In this document: one piece after another, positions 11,701 to 22,771 of the stretch
How positions within the stretch are numbered: position 1 is the first letter of the stretch
Layout of the letters: each line of letters begins with the position of its first letter
From: Macrostomum lignano
Lineage: Eukaryota
DNA length: 37,987 nt
Reading direction: 5' to 3'
Assembly (NCBI GenBank): GCA_002269645.1
Contig: NIVC01002415.1
Span: forward strand, 1 to 37,987
The notes under the pieces: generated by a model
Database searches by the model: none
What the model was told of the DNA's origin: nothing
The model's input: only the letters and a program-made list of their open reading frames with translations
Position numbers and translations under genes: made by a program

Positions 11701-12158
11701 ATATTAGGGTAGAGTGAGTGATAGAGATAGAGGTATAGGCAGAATGAATTCCAAATGTTAGTGAAATGTTGCTATAAATTCCATGTGAAATGGCAAACTC
11801 AGACTTGGTTCAGTCCTCAGTTATGGCATGTAGAAATTGCGCAAAAGCGATCCCCACAAGTTGCAGAATTTCTTCTGCCGATAGTAGTAATTAACGTTGT
11901 CGAATACTTAGCCTAACAGCGGTGGGTGGGTAGTGGCAGTTGCTGTGATCGCTTGTTACTGTTAGGCTGTTAGGCTGTAGTTTCATTCCTAATTGCACGA
12001 CGTGCCTTGTCTAATCTTTTACAGATTCCTCAATGGCCCACCACATTGACCAATCACGAGTGAGGTGTGATTTTAACATGAAATATAATCTTCATTCGCG
12101 CGTTCCTTTATTGATTTAATACTCGCTAACCATAGCCAGAACATATTTTCGCAGAAAA

Positions 12159-13062
12159 ATGACACGAGCAAATAATGCAGAGGCATTTTGCCCCATTGTG
12201 CCGTGCAACTGGCCCAAGAAGCTCCGCGCCGACTCATTGAAGCGCCACTTGCACAGCAAGTATAATATTAATGGCCAACCCATTTCGATAGCCGTGCAAT
12301 ATGCGAGACACGCCGAAAAAATAGACAGTGATGTTTTTAAGTGCGGGCTGTGTTATAAAGTAACACTAAGCTTCCAAGGCTTAAGAGATCACTACCGTTC
12401 AGCGCATTATCATGCAAACTTTGAAAGTCTTGCTGAATCGCAAAAGGCTGCCACAGCCTTTTACGAAAAAGTCCGAGAGTATTTTCGTGGTGGCGCTATC
12501 GACATGCGTCTACAAACGGAAATTCTGCGCTTGGTAAGACAATTACCTTTACCTTTACCTTTACCTTCTACTAAAACACTATGCTATCTAAAGTATCAAA
12601 TATTTTGCATTTTGCCCAAAAAATGTAGGCTTAGGTGTGAAAACGGTATTGTAGGCATACATTTGCATTTACATTGAAATAAATTAATATTGTTTGAAGC
12701 AATCAACAGTACACCAAATTTAAATCCCGGAAACCTTTAACCAGGCCACTGGTGCTGTCGATGATGCTGGTGCTGCCGCTGATGCTGGTGCTGGTGCTGG
12801 TGCCGGTGGTGCCGCTGATGCTGGTGCTGGTGCTGGTGGTGCCGCTGATGCTGGTGCTGGTGCCGGTGGTGCCGCTGGTGCTGGTGCTGGTGCCGGTGGT
12901 GCCGCTGATGCTGGTGCTGGTGCCGGTGGTGCCGCTGATGCTGGTGCTGGTGCCGGTGGTGCCGCTGATGCTGCCGCAGATTCTGCCGCTGATGCTGCCT
13001 CTCATGAAGCGGCCTCGGCCAATAATGCGACTTTGGATGTCTGCCTCCGTTTTTCTGGTGTT
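12159..13062 (+). CDS. Double C2H2-like zinc-finger exon (12159-12533) plus Gly/Ala/Asp-rich exon (12745-13062); 5' part of a spliced gene
   Basis: Fingers CPIVPC..LRADSLKRHLHSKY and CGLC..LRDHYRSAH. Phase-0 donor GTAAG at 12534; acceptor CCAG ending at 12744; open ATGAVDDAGAAADAGAGAG... frame to a phase-0 donor GTAAGC at 13063. CCAAT (~12050) and a TATA-like word (~12082) lie upstream. Confidence 0.6.
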
Positions 13063-13439
13063 GTAAGCAATTTTTTTCTCGTTTATGGTCAACAATGATT
13101 TTTTAATTTCTTATACAAGCTATATTAACGTGCGTTAGAGATATAGCTTGTTGGCTAAGGATGTCAATTCCCCGGAAAATTCACACCCCAGGGGAACTGA
13201 GGATTTTTCGGCAAAAACCCCGGTTCCCCGATCTCTGGGTCTCCGATCCCTGGGTTCCTCGGTCTCTGGGGTCCCCGGTCGTCTGTAACTGTGGATACAG
13301 TCAGTAATAGTACCATGTGTAGCATGTAGGCAAACTCCGGCCCACATGTTAAATGCGGCCCGCGAAGCCTCTCTATCCGTCCTTTGAAGCTTCTTCACAA
13401 TAGCAATCCGGCCCTGCTCAAAGTTAGTGCTTCCCAGTT

Positions 13440-13805
13440 CTTTCATCTCCTGTCTCATATCTCCCCTCGTCTCCTCATTTAATGTCTTCTCATCTCATTT
13501 TCTCTCATTTATCTCATCTCCTCTCCTCTCATCTCCTCTCCTCTCATCTCCTCTCATCTCATCTCTTCTTCCCTCTCTCCACTCTCCCCTCCCCTCCTCT
13601 CCTCTCTCCTCTCATCTCCTGTCCTCCCTTCCCTCTTTTAATCTCATCTCCCATCTCTCCTCTTATCTCCTCCCCTCTCAACTCCTTTCCTCTCTCTCTT
13701 CTCCTCTCTCACTCCTCTCTTATCTTCTCACTCATCTCTTCTTCTATTATCACATCTCTAATATCGCCTCTCACCTCCCCTCTCTTCTGCCTGTGTCTGT
13801 CTGTC

Positions 13806-13858
<53 letters not shown>
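13440..13858. repeat. Pyrimidine-rich low-complexity tract ending in (TCTG)n (13796-13858)
   Basis: CTCAT/CTCCT words with no AG dinucleotide seen. ORFs 13427 and 13482 are artefacts of this tract. Confidence 0.9.
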
Positions 13859-13860
13859 GG

Positions 13861-14340
13861 CATCCGGAGGCGGAAATAATATCACTAATAATAGCCAGTG
13901 ACGATACGGCTGTTTTCATTGCTGATGCCGGACATAAGGGGAAGGGGGCGTTCGCCTCCCGATATCTACGACGGAATGAGTTCGTCTGCGAGTATGCTGG
14001 CGAGCTTATAGAGTCAAGAAAGGTCATTAACCAGCGTGTCGAGCACTACCAACAACATGGCCTCGACACCTGGTACATTTTTGAGTTTGTTCATCACTCA
14101 AAAAGCTACGCGATTGACGCGCAGTACACCGAGCGACTCGGCCGCTTCCTGAATCACTCAAGGAGAAGTCCGAACTGTGTAGCCAGAACTATTTCAGTGC
14201 CTGTGGCCGGCAAAACGTGCCGCTTCGCACTTTATTTCATTACGAATCGTGCGGTCGAAAAGGGCGGAGAACTGCTGTTTGATTACGGCCCAAATGACCG
14301 AGAGACAATTGAAGCATGCACATGGCTTATTGACTGTTAA
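13861..14340 (+). CDS. SET-domain exon, KMT5A/PR-Set7 (H4K20 methyltransferase)-like
   Basis: Stop-free frame not listed in the ORF track: HPEAEIISLIIASDDTAVFIADAGHKGKGAFASRYLRRNEFVCEYAGELI...YIFEF..SKSYAIDAQYTERLGRFLNHSRRSPNC...ELLFDYGPNDRETIEACTWLIDC*. It has GxG, EYxGE, RFxNHS, ELxFDY and the SET8-type xxPW-like tail, with no post-SET cysteine cluster. Confidence 0.9.
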   Translation, partial: HPEAEIISLIIASDDTAVFIADAGHKGKGAFASRYLRRNEFVCEYAGELIESRKVINQRVEHYQQHGLDTWYIFEFVHHSKSYAIDAQYTERLGRFLNHSRRSPNCVARTISVPVAGKTCRFALYFITNRAVEKGGELLFDYGPNDRETIEACTWLIDC

Positions 14341-14444
14341 CTGTTGTTGCCTGACCCTAAACATTGCTCATACTAATTTCGCAGCGCTTGGCGCCCCCCC
14401 CCCCAGAACTGCGCTTTGCCGCCCCTTTGGAAACGCTGCCGCTT

Positions 14445-16260
14445 TCCTGGCGCCCCCATAAAGAAACTGGCGCCCTAACCCTATAAGCTGCCCCCCCCTA
14501 TAAAGAAACTGGCGCCCCCCATAAAGAAACTGCCCCCCTATAAAGAAACTGGCGCCCCCCATAAAGAAACTGTCCCCCCCCCTATAAAGAAACTGGCGCC
14601 CCCCATAAAGAAACTGTCCCCCCCCCTATAAAGAAACTGGTGCCCCCTAAAAGAAACTGGCGCCCTAAACCTATAAGCTGCCCCCCCCCTATAAAGAAAC
14701 TGGCGCCCCCATAAAGAAACTGCCCCCCTATAAAGAAACTGGCGCCCCCCATAAAGAAACTGTCCCCCCCCCCTATAAAGAAACTGGTGCCCCCTAAAAG
14801 AAACTGGCGCCCTAACCCTATAAGCTGCCCCCCCCCTATAAAGAAACTGGCGCCCCCCATAAAGAAACTGCCCCCTATAAAGAAACTGGCGCCCCCCATA
14901 AAGAAACTGTCCCCCCCCCCCTATAAAGAAACTGGTGCCCCCTAAAAGAAACTGGCGCCCTAACCCTATAAGCTGCCCCCCCCCTATAAAGAAACTGGCG
15001 CCCCCCATAAAGAAACTGCCCCCCTATAAAGAAACTGGCGCCCCCCATAAAGAAACTGTCCCCCCCCCTATAAAGAAACTGGCGCCCCCCCCCATAAAGA
15101 AACTGTCCCCCTATAAAGAAACTGGCGCCCCCCCCATAAAGAAACTGTCCCCCTATAAAGAAACTGGCGCCCCCCCCATAAAGAAACTGCCCCCCTATAA
15201 AGAAACTGGCGCCCCCCCCATAAAGAAACTGTCCCCCTATAAAGAAACTGGCGCCCCCCCATAAAGAAACTGTCCCCCCATAAAGAAACTGTCACCCCCC
15301 ATAAAGAAACTGCCCCCTATAAAGAAACTGTCACCCCCCATAAAGAAACTGCCCCCCATAAAGAAACTGTCACCCCCCATAAAGAAACTGTCCCCCTATA
15401 AAGAAACTGGCGCCCCCCCATAAAGAAACTGTCCCCCTATAAAGAAACTGGCGCCCCCCATAAAGAAACTGTCCCCCCCCATAAAGAAACTGTCCCCCTA
15501 TAAAGAAACTGGCGCCCCCCATAAAGAAACTGTCCCCCTATAAAGAAACTGTCCCCCCCCATAAAGAAACTGTCCCCCTATAAAGAAACTGGCGCCCCCC
15601 CATAAAGAAACTGTCCCCCCCCATAAAGAAACTGTCCCCCCCCATAAAGAAACTGCCCCCTATAAAGAAACTGGCGCCCCCCATAAAGAAACTGTCCCCC
15701 TATAAAGAAACTGGCGCCCCCCCCATAAAGAAACTGCCCCCTATAAAGATACTGGCGCCCCCCCATAAAGAAACTGTCCCCCTATAAAGAAACTGGCGCC
15801 CCCCATAAAGAAACTGTCCCCCATCCATAAAGAAACTGTCCCCCTATAAAGAAACTGGCGCCCCCCCAATAAAGAAACTGTCCCCCTATAAAGAAACTGG
15901 CGCCCCCCCCATAAAGAAACTGTCCCCCTATAAAGAAACTGGCGCCCCCCCCCATAAAGAAACTGTCCCCCTATAAAGAAACTGGCGCCCCCCCATAAAG
16001 AAACTGCCCCCCTATAAAGAAACTGGCGCCCCCCATAAAGAAACTGTCCCCCCCCCCCCTATAAAGAAACTGGTGCCACTTAAAAGAAACTGGCGCCCTA
16101 ACCCTATAAGCTGCCCCCCCCCCTATAAAGAAACTGGCGCCCCCCATAAAGAAACTGCCCCCCCCCCTATAAAGAAACTGGTGCCCCCTAAAAGAAACTG
16201 GCGCCCCCCATCTATAAGAAACTGGCGCCCCCCATCTATAAGAAACTGGCGCCCCCTAAC
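14445..16260. repeat. ~1.8-kb C-rich minisatellite (ATAAAGAAACTG + GCGCCCCC/TCCCCC, ~20-bp subunits)
   Basis: Invariant ataaagaaactg core with variable C runs. The marker ggcgccctaa(c/a)cctataagctg occurs at 14469, 14659, 14806, 14954 and 16092. Confidence 0.95.
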
Positions 16261-16278
16261 TCACGGCCCCCCAATCAA

Positions 16279-16298
16279 AATTCCTGGCTACGCCCCTG
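16279..16298 (-). mobile_element. DNA-transposon-like terminus (reverse complement CAGGGGCGTAGCCAGGAATT)
   Basis: 19/20 match to 19804-19823. The CAG start is typical of hAT-like/MITE termini. It caps the minisatellite. Confidence 0.5.
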
Positions 16299-16998
16299 TG
16301 TATATATAACGTATAATGTATAATATATGATGTAAATAATGCATAATGTATATAATATATAATGTAAAAATTTACTTATTTGTTTGCTTACTTGTATGCT
16401 TATTGTTTGCTTGTTTGATGTTTGCTTATTATTATTATTTCATTCATAATTTTCGATGTAATTATTTTATCAGTCTAACTTATAACTTATATCGCAATAC
16501 ACGCTGCTCTTTTAAATATCAATTAATATAGTATGAATTGATTGTCCAAATTAAGAAGACAATGAAATTCGTGTCGCAGTTTTTGCCTTCTTTTTCAAGC
16601 GTGTTTAGTATACGCAGTAACTGCTGGCTACTTAGTAGGAAAATTAGTAAGAAATTTAGTAAATATTCTAAGAAACTTAAATGGTAAGTAGCGTTTGGTA
16701 TGGCTCATTGATGATACTCGTTATTAAATGATTTAAAGTTGAAGTTATTGGTGCAGCTAAAAGATATTTGGTAAGGTAGCTTACAATCTTGATGATTACA
16801 GACTACATTTATCGAAATTGGAGAATTTTAAGTCAGTAATGGGTTAGCTTGTGCTGAAAATACCGACAGCGGCTTTACATCTGAGTATATGATTTGTCAA
16901 GAATTCAAACTCACAAGTTTTGGACATTAACAATTTTCATTTTTACTACAAATTTTTACTAAGATACATATATCCACTTATATATTACTACTTGCAGT

Positions 16999-17361
16999 GG
17001 GGGGGGGCCGTAGCCCAGCGGTAGCGCAGCTGCTCTGGTGTGCCAGCGACCCAGGCTCGATTCCAAGTGCAGTCACATTAATTTGGGGCTGAATTGGAAT
17101 CTCGGCTTGGCTCTGCTCGTGCAATTAACGGCCTTGAGAGCCAACCCCCCAAGGCGCAGTGAAGTGTACATGCCTAACGATAATATAAAGTTAGGGCCGC
17201 TGTACACTCCTGTGTGAGTGTGTGCCTGCGTACGTATCCGCGCGCTTGTATGCCTGCTCAGGGGAGTCGGCGGAATGGACAGTAATGCCTCTCGCCGGTT
17301 GTGTGCCTATGTCGCTTAAAGTGCGCCAGGGTGCACACAACCCCCTGCTTCTAATAAAAAA
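16999..17361 (+). mobile_element. tRNA-derived SINE, copy 1
   Basis: Box A TAGCCCAGCGG, box B GGCTCGATTCC, AATAAAAAA tail, and a perfect 13-bp TSD TACTACTTGCAGT (16986-16998 and 17362-17374). About 97% identical to 30022-30381. Confidence 0.92.
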
Positions 17362-17374
17362 TACTACTTGCAGT

Positions 17375-17640
17375 AGCAAAACTGCAGGTCAATTTTAGCG
17401 ATCCCCACAAAATTCTAATTGAGGGTAGCTGGCGGGGTTTGATGCTGGCTGCAGAACCGTCATAGCGCCGCACAATTGAGTACAATCGAGTACAAATTTC
17501 TAAAGTTTTGTGCAGCCGAAGTGTGAGCGAGCTGGCTACCTCATGAGCTGAGCTGCGCAACTCATGGAAATTGTACTCATGGCAACTCATGGCTAATAGA
17601 TTTAGAGGTTAAAGAAGAATGCTTCTATTAGTATCTATTT
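17375..17640. repeat. Interspersed repeat, inverted homolog of ~32470-32900
   Basis: 17519-17577 is the reverse complement of gtacaatttccaagagttgcgcagctcaactcatgaggtagcttgctcgctcacactt (~32625-32682). Both copies share gcgatccccacaa-like and cttctttaac words and adjoin GATA/TATC repeats. Confidence 0.7.
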
Positions 17641-17654
17641 ATCTGTGTATCTAT

Positions 17655-18677
<1,023 letters not shown>

Positions 18678-19084
18678 ATATTAATCTGAGATAGAATTTT
18701 CATCTATCTGAGTTGAGTCTCATATTTTCATCTATCCCTACCTCTCTGGCTTTACTGACCTTTTTCTCAACCATACTCGATCCCGTTGTCCCCCTTCTGT
18801 TTCCTAAGCAACTCACTCTATAATTTTATCTCATGCTACTACTCTCTTATTTTCACAACACTTTTCTTTGGGTGCAACGTGCGAAAGAGACTCCAACTAT
18901 GACCCCACCCCACTGACCCCACCCCACTTTCTAGCCAATTGTAGACAGCCAAATATGTATGTATAGGGTCAAAGCTCCGTCAATTGGATAAGCGACCAAT
19001 GGCATGTGGATGTCCAGTTTCAACTGCTATATAATAAAGCTACCAAATCGATCCTTTGGCTTTTAATTGTATTAGCCGATAGGC

Positions 19085-19500
19085 ATGACATCTAATGAAA
19101 AAAGTAAAGAATGTGCGCTCTGCGGCCAGAGAATGAGGCTTGACAATCTCAAGCGCCATTGCGGCTTATTGCACAAAGCGTTCCTACATCGTATTCATGA
19201 ACTGCGATGGTTCGCCATCTTTGAGCAAAAAGTGCGGGTCGAAAATGCCGGCATGTGCTGCATTGCTGATTGCCGAGAAGCCAGCAAGCAGATGCGCGAC
19301 CACTACCGACACCACCACGAAGACGTAGTGCAGCACAACGGCCAGCCCATGAAGGGTCCAGCACATATACGGCTTGTCCGTGACTATGCGCAGGCAGTGT
19401 CGTGCCTGCAGCGCGACAGGCCCTTCAGCAGGATCGCCCTTTGCCACCGCATCCTTCGAAGTGGCATCGATTCATTGAGCGGGCAGCGAGCCAGCAACAT
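19085..19500 (+). CDS. Second double C2H2-like zinc-finger exon, paralog of 12159
   Basis: Fingers CALC..MRLDNLKRHCGLLH and CIADC..MRDHYRHHH. Ends at donor GTGAGT (19501, phase 2). CCAAT (~18935, ~18996) and TATATAA (~19028) lie upstream. Confidence 0.6.
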
Positions 19501-19803
19501 GTGAGTTTTTTGCTTCCTTTTTGCTTTATTTTTTTGCTTTTGTTTAGTTTATTAGTTCCAGCTTTAATAGATAACATTTTCAATAGATAACAAGTATAAT
19601 TAGTCTATAACCAGGGTGTCGGACCACTTTTTGGCATGATCCTGCGAATGCCCTTTTTGAATTTTAAACAAGTGTTGGCCCGTTTTGGGCTTTGGCTTTT
19701 CTGGGTCTTTTTAATGTTTTTTTCTGAGGTTACATCAAAAATGTAAAAAGTGTTAAAAGGTAATAATGGCCATCACCCTCAATCGGGTATGTGGACATAT
19801 AAT

Positions 19804-19823
19804 CAGGGGCATAGCCAGGAATT
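19804..19823 (+). mobile_element. DNA-transposon-like terminus CAGGGGCATAGCCAGGAATT
   Basis: Matches 16279-16298 in inverted orientation; no partner right end found. Confidence 0.45.
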
Positions 19824-20679
19824 TCTCACGGGGTAATGCCTAACGCGGCAGCTGCATTCCTATCGCCAATAGAAAGAATTCTATGATTCAGCAAATTCTA
19901 TAGCCAAACAAGAACTCTAAGCGGACTAAATAAATTTCACTACGATTAACTTTAAGTCACGGTAAGCTCAGCGCTAAGCAAGAGCGACCAAATATATTTC
20001 ACTTTTCCTCAATCGTCTATGGCCAAAATCAACAGCTAGACTATATCAAACTCACTTCACTCAGTGGTAGGAACACTTGGACTAAATAAATTTCACTTAT
20101 GCCCAACAACACTGTTAAAAGGAATATTAGTAGCTGCTGCTACTTGTACTTGCTGGCCCAATGGCAGTTCACAGGAAAATTAAGTGCCATAAATCAAATA
20201 CGTAGGTGCTAGGTAGCTATGGACGGTCAGTAAAGTTTTCAATTCTATGAAAATCTCACAATTTTGTGAAAAAATTTATTAAAAAATCCTTTCTACTGAA
20301 TGCTTTAGTAAATGAAAATCGTTTTTGACTTGCTGCACTAGCATGCACTATGCTTTCCTAATTTCTTACACCCACCGACCAGGCCCACGGAGGGATACAT
20401 TCCCATACCGGTGCCTACGCCACTGTATATAATAGTTGATGTTGGTCTCCATCCCATTCCACTACAGTTTTTATATAATGTGCCTAGTGCTTTTAGTGCA
20501 GGGGTCGGCAAACTTGTTACCTCAGTCATCAAGGGCCAAATTGAGAACCCAGCTCATGACTGCCCTTCTGGGTCCGCTTCGCTGGGCCCCTTAAGCGAAG
20601 CGGGCCCAGTAGTCCTGATGACTGCGGGCCATGCAGACGAGGGATACAGGATATGGAATAGAGAAAATAAATATGAGCA

Positions 20680-20915
20680 TAGGTGAAAGGAGGCGACGAA
20701 ATAAAGGAGAAGATAGTAGGCGAGATGAGAGATGAAAAAGGAGAGGATTGAGAGAAGGGAGATGAATGAGGAGAGAGGAGAGAAGGGAGAAGAGAATGGA
20801 GAGGAAAAGGGAGATGAGGGGAAGGGAAAGAGGTGAGGATATGAGATGGGAGGAGAGAGGAGAGGAAAGAGAAGAGGAGAGAGGTGAAGAGATGAAAGAA
20901 TTGATGACAGAGGAG
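20680..20915. repeat. Purine-rich low-complexity tract
   Basis: GAGAT/GAGGA words, compositionally the mirror of 13440-13790. Confidence 0.85.
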
Positions 20916-20949
20916 AGGAGCATTTTCACACTCTTTATTACTACTTTCA

Positions 20950-21092
20950 ACACAATTGAATATTGGCCTGCTGTCACAATGTCACAAACTGACATCATAA
21001 CAGCGAGAGTTAGGTGCCCTTAGATTAAAAAATAATGTGCGAAGTGCCCCCCCACCAATAGCCCTCCTTTGAAAAATGTTCCAACACTGCTG
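20950..21092 (-). mobile_element. Terminal segment of a non-autonomous DNA element (inverted homolog of 32072-32220)
   Basis: attgaatattg...tagattaaaaaa...cccaccaatagccc...tttgaaaaatgttccaacactgctg aligns to the reverse complement of 32072-32220. Confidence 0.75.
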
Positions 21093-21737
21093 TCTATGTA
21101 TGACTCTATGTTAAAAGCCCAGTCATCTGGTGGTATTAACTGGTTTAATCTTTCATTTTCTGCTTTTCATTGTCTGAAGGGGGATTTTATGACAATTTTG
21201 TGCAATAAGGGTTCTTCCTGTCCCACTGAACTAAAGAGGGTCTGAAGTGCTATTTTTCTTACTTCAAATTCATGAAAGTAAGTAAAAAACAGCGCATCAA
21301 TAGTTACAGTAAAGGTAATGTAATTTTGAGGATTTGGGTTTTGAGATTTTGGGAGGTTTTGGCGTGCGTGCATTTTGATCTGCTGATGATGCATGACTTT
21401 TTTTATTTTGCATACATACCTTCACTGTCTGTGATTCATCAGGCTCCATCTCTCAGTATTCCACCAAATTTTACCGATTTTTGTAGACTGCTGCTGACAC
21501 ACGCTCGGTTGCGTCATCTGGACGGGCGTCATCGGTACGGGCATTATCTGAAGATCCAAAAGCAGTCAATGATCAGATTGAGGTGCGAACAGGGTAACTA
21601 AAATATTTTCCTTTGATTTGTTGCTTAAACGTCAAGTAGGAAAATGTATTTACCTGACTCTCATTTGTGTATATTTTGTAGCGCAAGTGGTAGGCGGGGG
21701 ATCCAAAGTTGTTTTTAGGATAGTTAGGATAGTACGC

Positions 21738-21899
21738 GCTGTACTCCGTATGCTGTACTCTGTACGCTGTACTCTGTACGCTGTACTCTGTACGCTGTAC
21801 TCTGTACGCTGTACTCTGTACGCTGTACTCTGTACGCTGTACTCTGTACGCTGTACTCTGTACGCTGTACTCTGTACGCTGTACTCTGTACGCTGTACG
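21738..21899. repeat. 14-bp minisatellite (GCTGTACTCTGTAC), ~11 copies
   Basis: Direct read; followed at once by a telomere-like inverted repeat at 21903-21943. Confidence 0.95.
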
Positions 21900-22081
21900 C
21901 AAACCCTAACCCTTAGCGATGAAAGAAAGCTAAGGGTTACGGTTAGGGTTAGCTAACAGGGTTGTCTGCAGAAATCCTACAGAATGACCTAGATTTTTTG
22001 TATGGTCTGGCTTTCATGGTTGTCCCAGTTTGCAATCATATTTTATGATTAAACGTTTTTTTGTTTTTGTGCAAACCGGAG

Positions 22082-22771
22082 CATGTCACGTTGTTCCATC
22101 TGAGCGAATTTCATCATTCCTACGGGATGTCGAGCTTGAAAAGCCGATTCCATTAAGGGTATGTTTACTATATAGCTTGCTGTTTTTATAAACTGAGTTA
22201 CATACCAAAATGCAACAGATAATAACCTCTCTGTGTGTACTTTGTACTCAGGCTTCAGCAAGTCTGCCCTACAAGTTGACGAAGCCAGTGCAGCTCAACG
22301 ATCAAGATCCAGAAGAGTGTCTGGAGCGCCGACAACGCTGTCTGCACCTGAAAAAAATTTCAAGCGACATGGAAGACACAGAATTTAGACAATGGGTTGA
22401 CAACCGTCTCAAGGTTCGTCTCTGTTGGTCTGTTTGTGTATTCCTAAAGTACAATTACTGAGTGTTGAAGTCCATAAAAGTTAGAATTAATCATTTTTAT
22501 TATTACACATCAAACACCCTAACATCCAAATCACTAACAGAAGTTAGCCGTTGAAGCTCCAACACCGCGACCGCGATCTATCTCAGCTGCGGCCACCAGT
22601 GTAGAAGATCTAGCAGCTGCCGTCTTGGTCTCTTCATCAGCTGCAGCCGCCCTAGTAACAGCTCCAGCTGCTGCCTCTTCTTCAGTTGCGGCCCCCGGAG
22701 TAGCAGCTTCAGCCATTCCAATCGCACCTGTGGGGCCTGGCAGAGCAACAGATGGGGTAGGACTTTTTTAA
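22082..22771 (+). pseudogene. Fragment of an unassigned spliced gene (exons ..22158, 22252-22413, 22541-22771)
   Basis: Phase-0 GT-AG introns of 93 and 127 nt join ..RISSFLRDVELEKPIPLR / ASASLPYKL...EFRQWVDNRLK / KLAVEAPTPRPRSISAAAT...; the frame stops in the TTAA at 22768-22771. The 5' boundary is uncertain. Confidence 0.4.

Noticed and set aside
16999-17075. tRNA gene (also 30022-30096)
   Set aside because: A and B boxes are present but the cloverleaf is broken, and it is embedded in a TSD-flanked 360-bp repeat, so it is a SINE head.
20612-20645. Hammerhead ribozyme cores (CTGATGA at ~595, ~4306, ~20614, and GATGA..GAAA at 21918)
   Set aside because: None has CUGANGA - stem II - GAAA with correctly placed stems I and III.
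20499-21092. Single hAT-like element from CAGGGGTCGGCAAAC to ...CACTGCTG
   Set aside because: The ends match poorly and the flanks (TTTTAGTG vs TCTATGTA) give no TSD.
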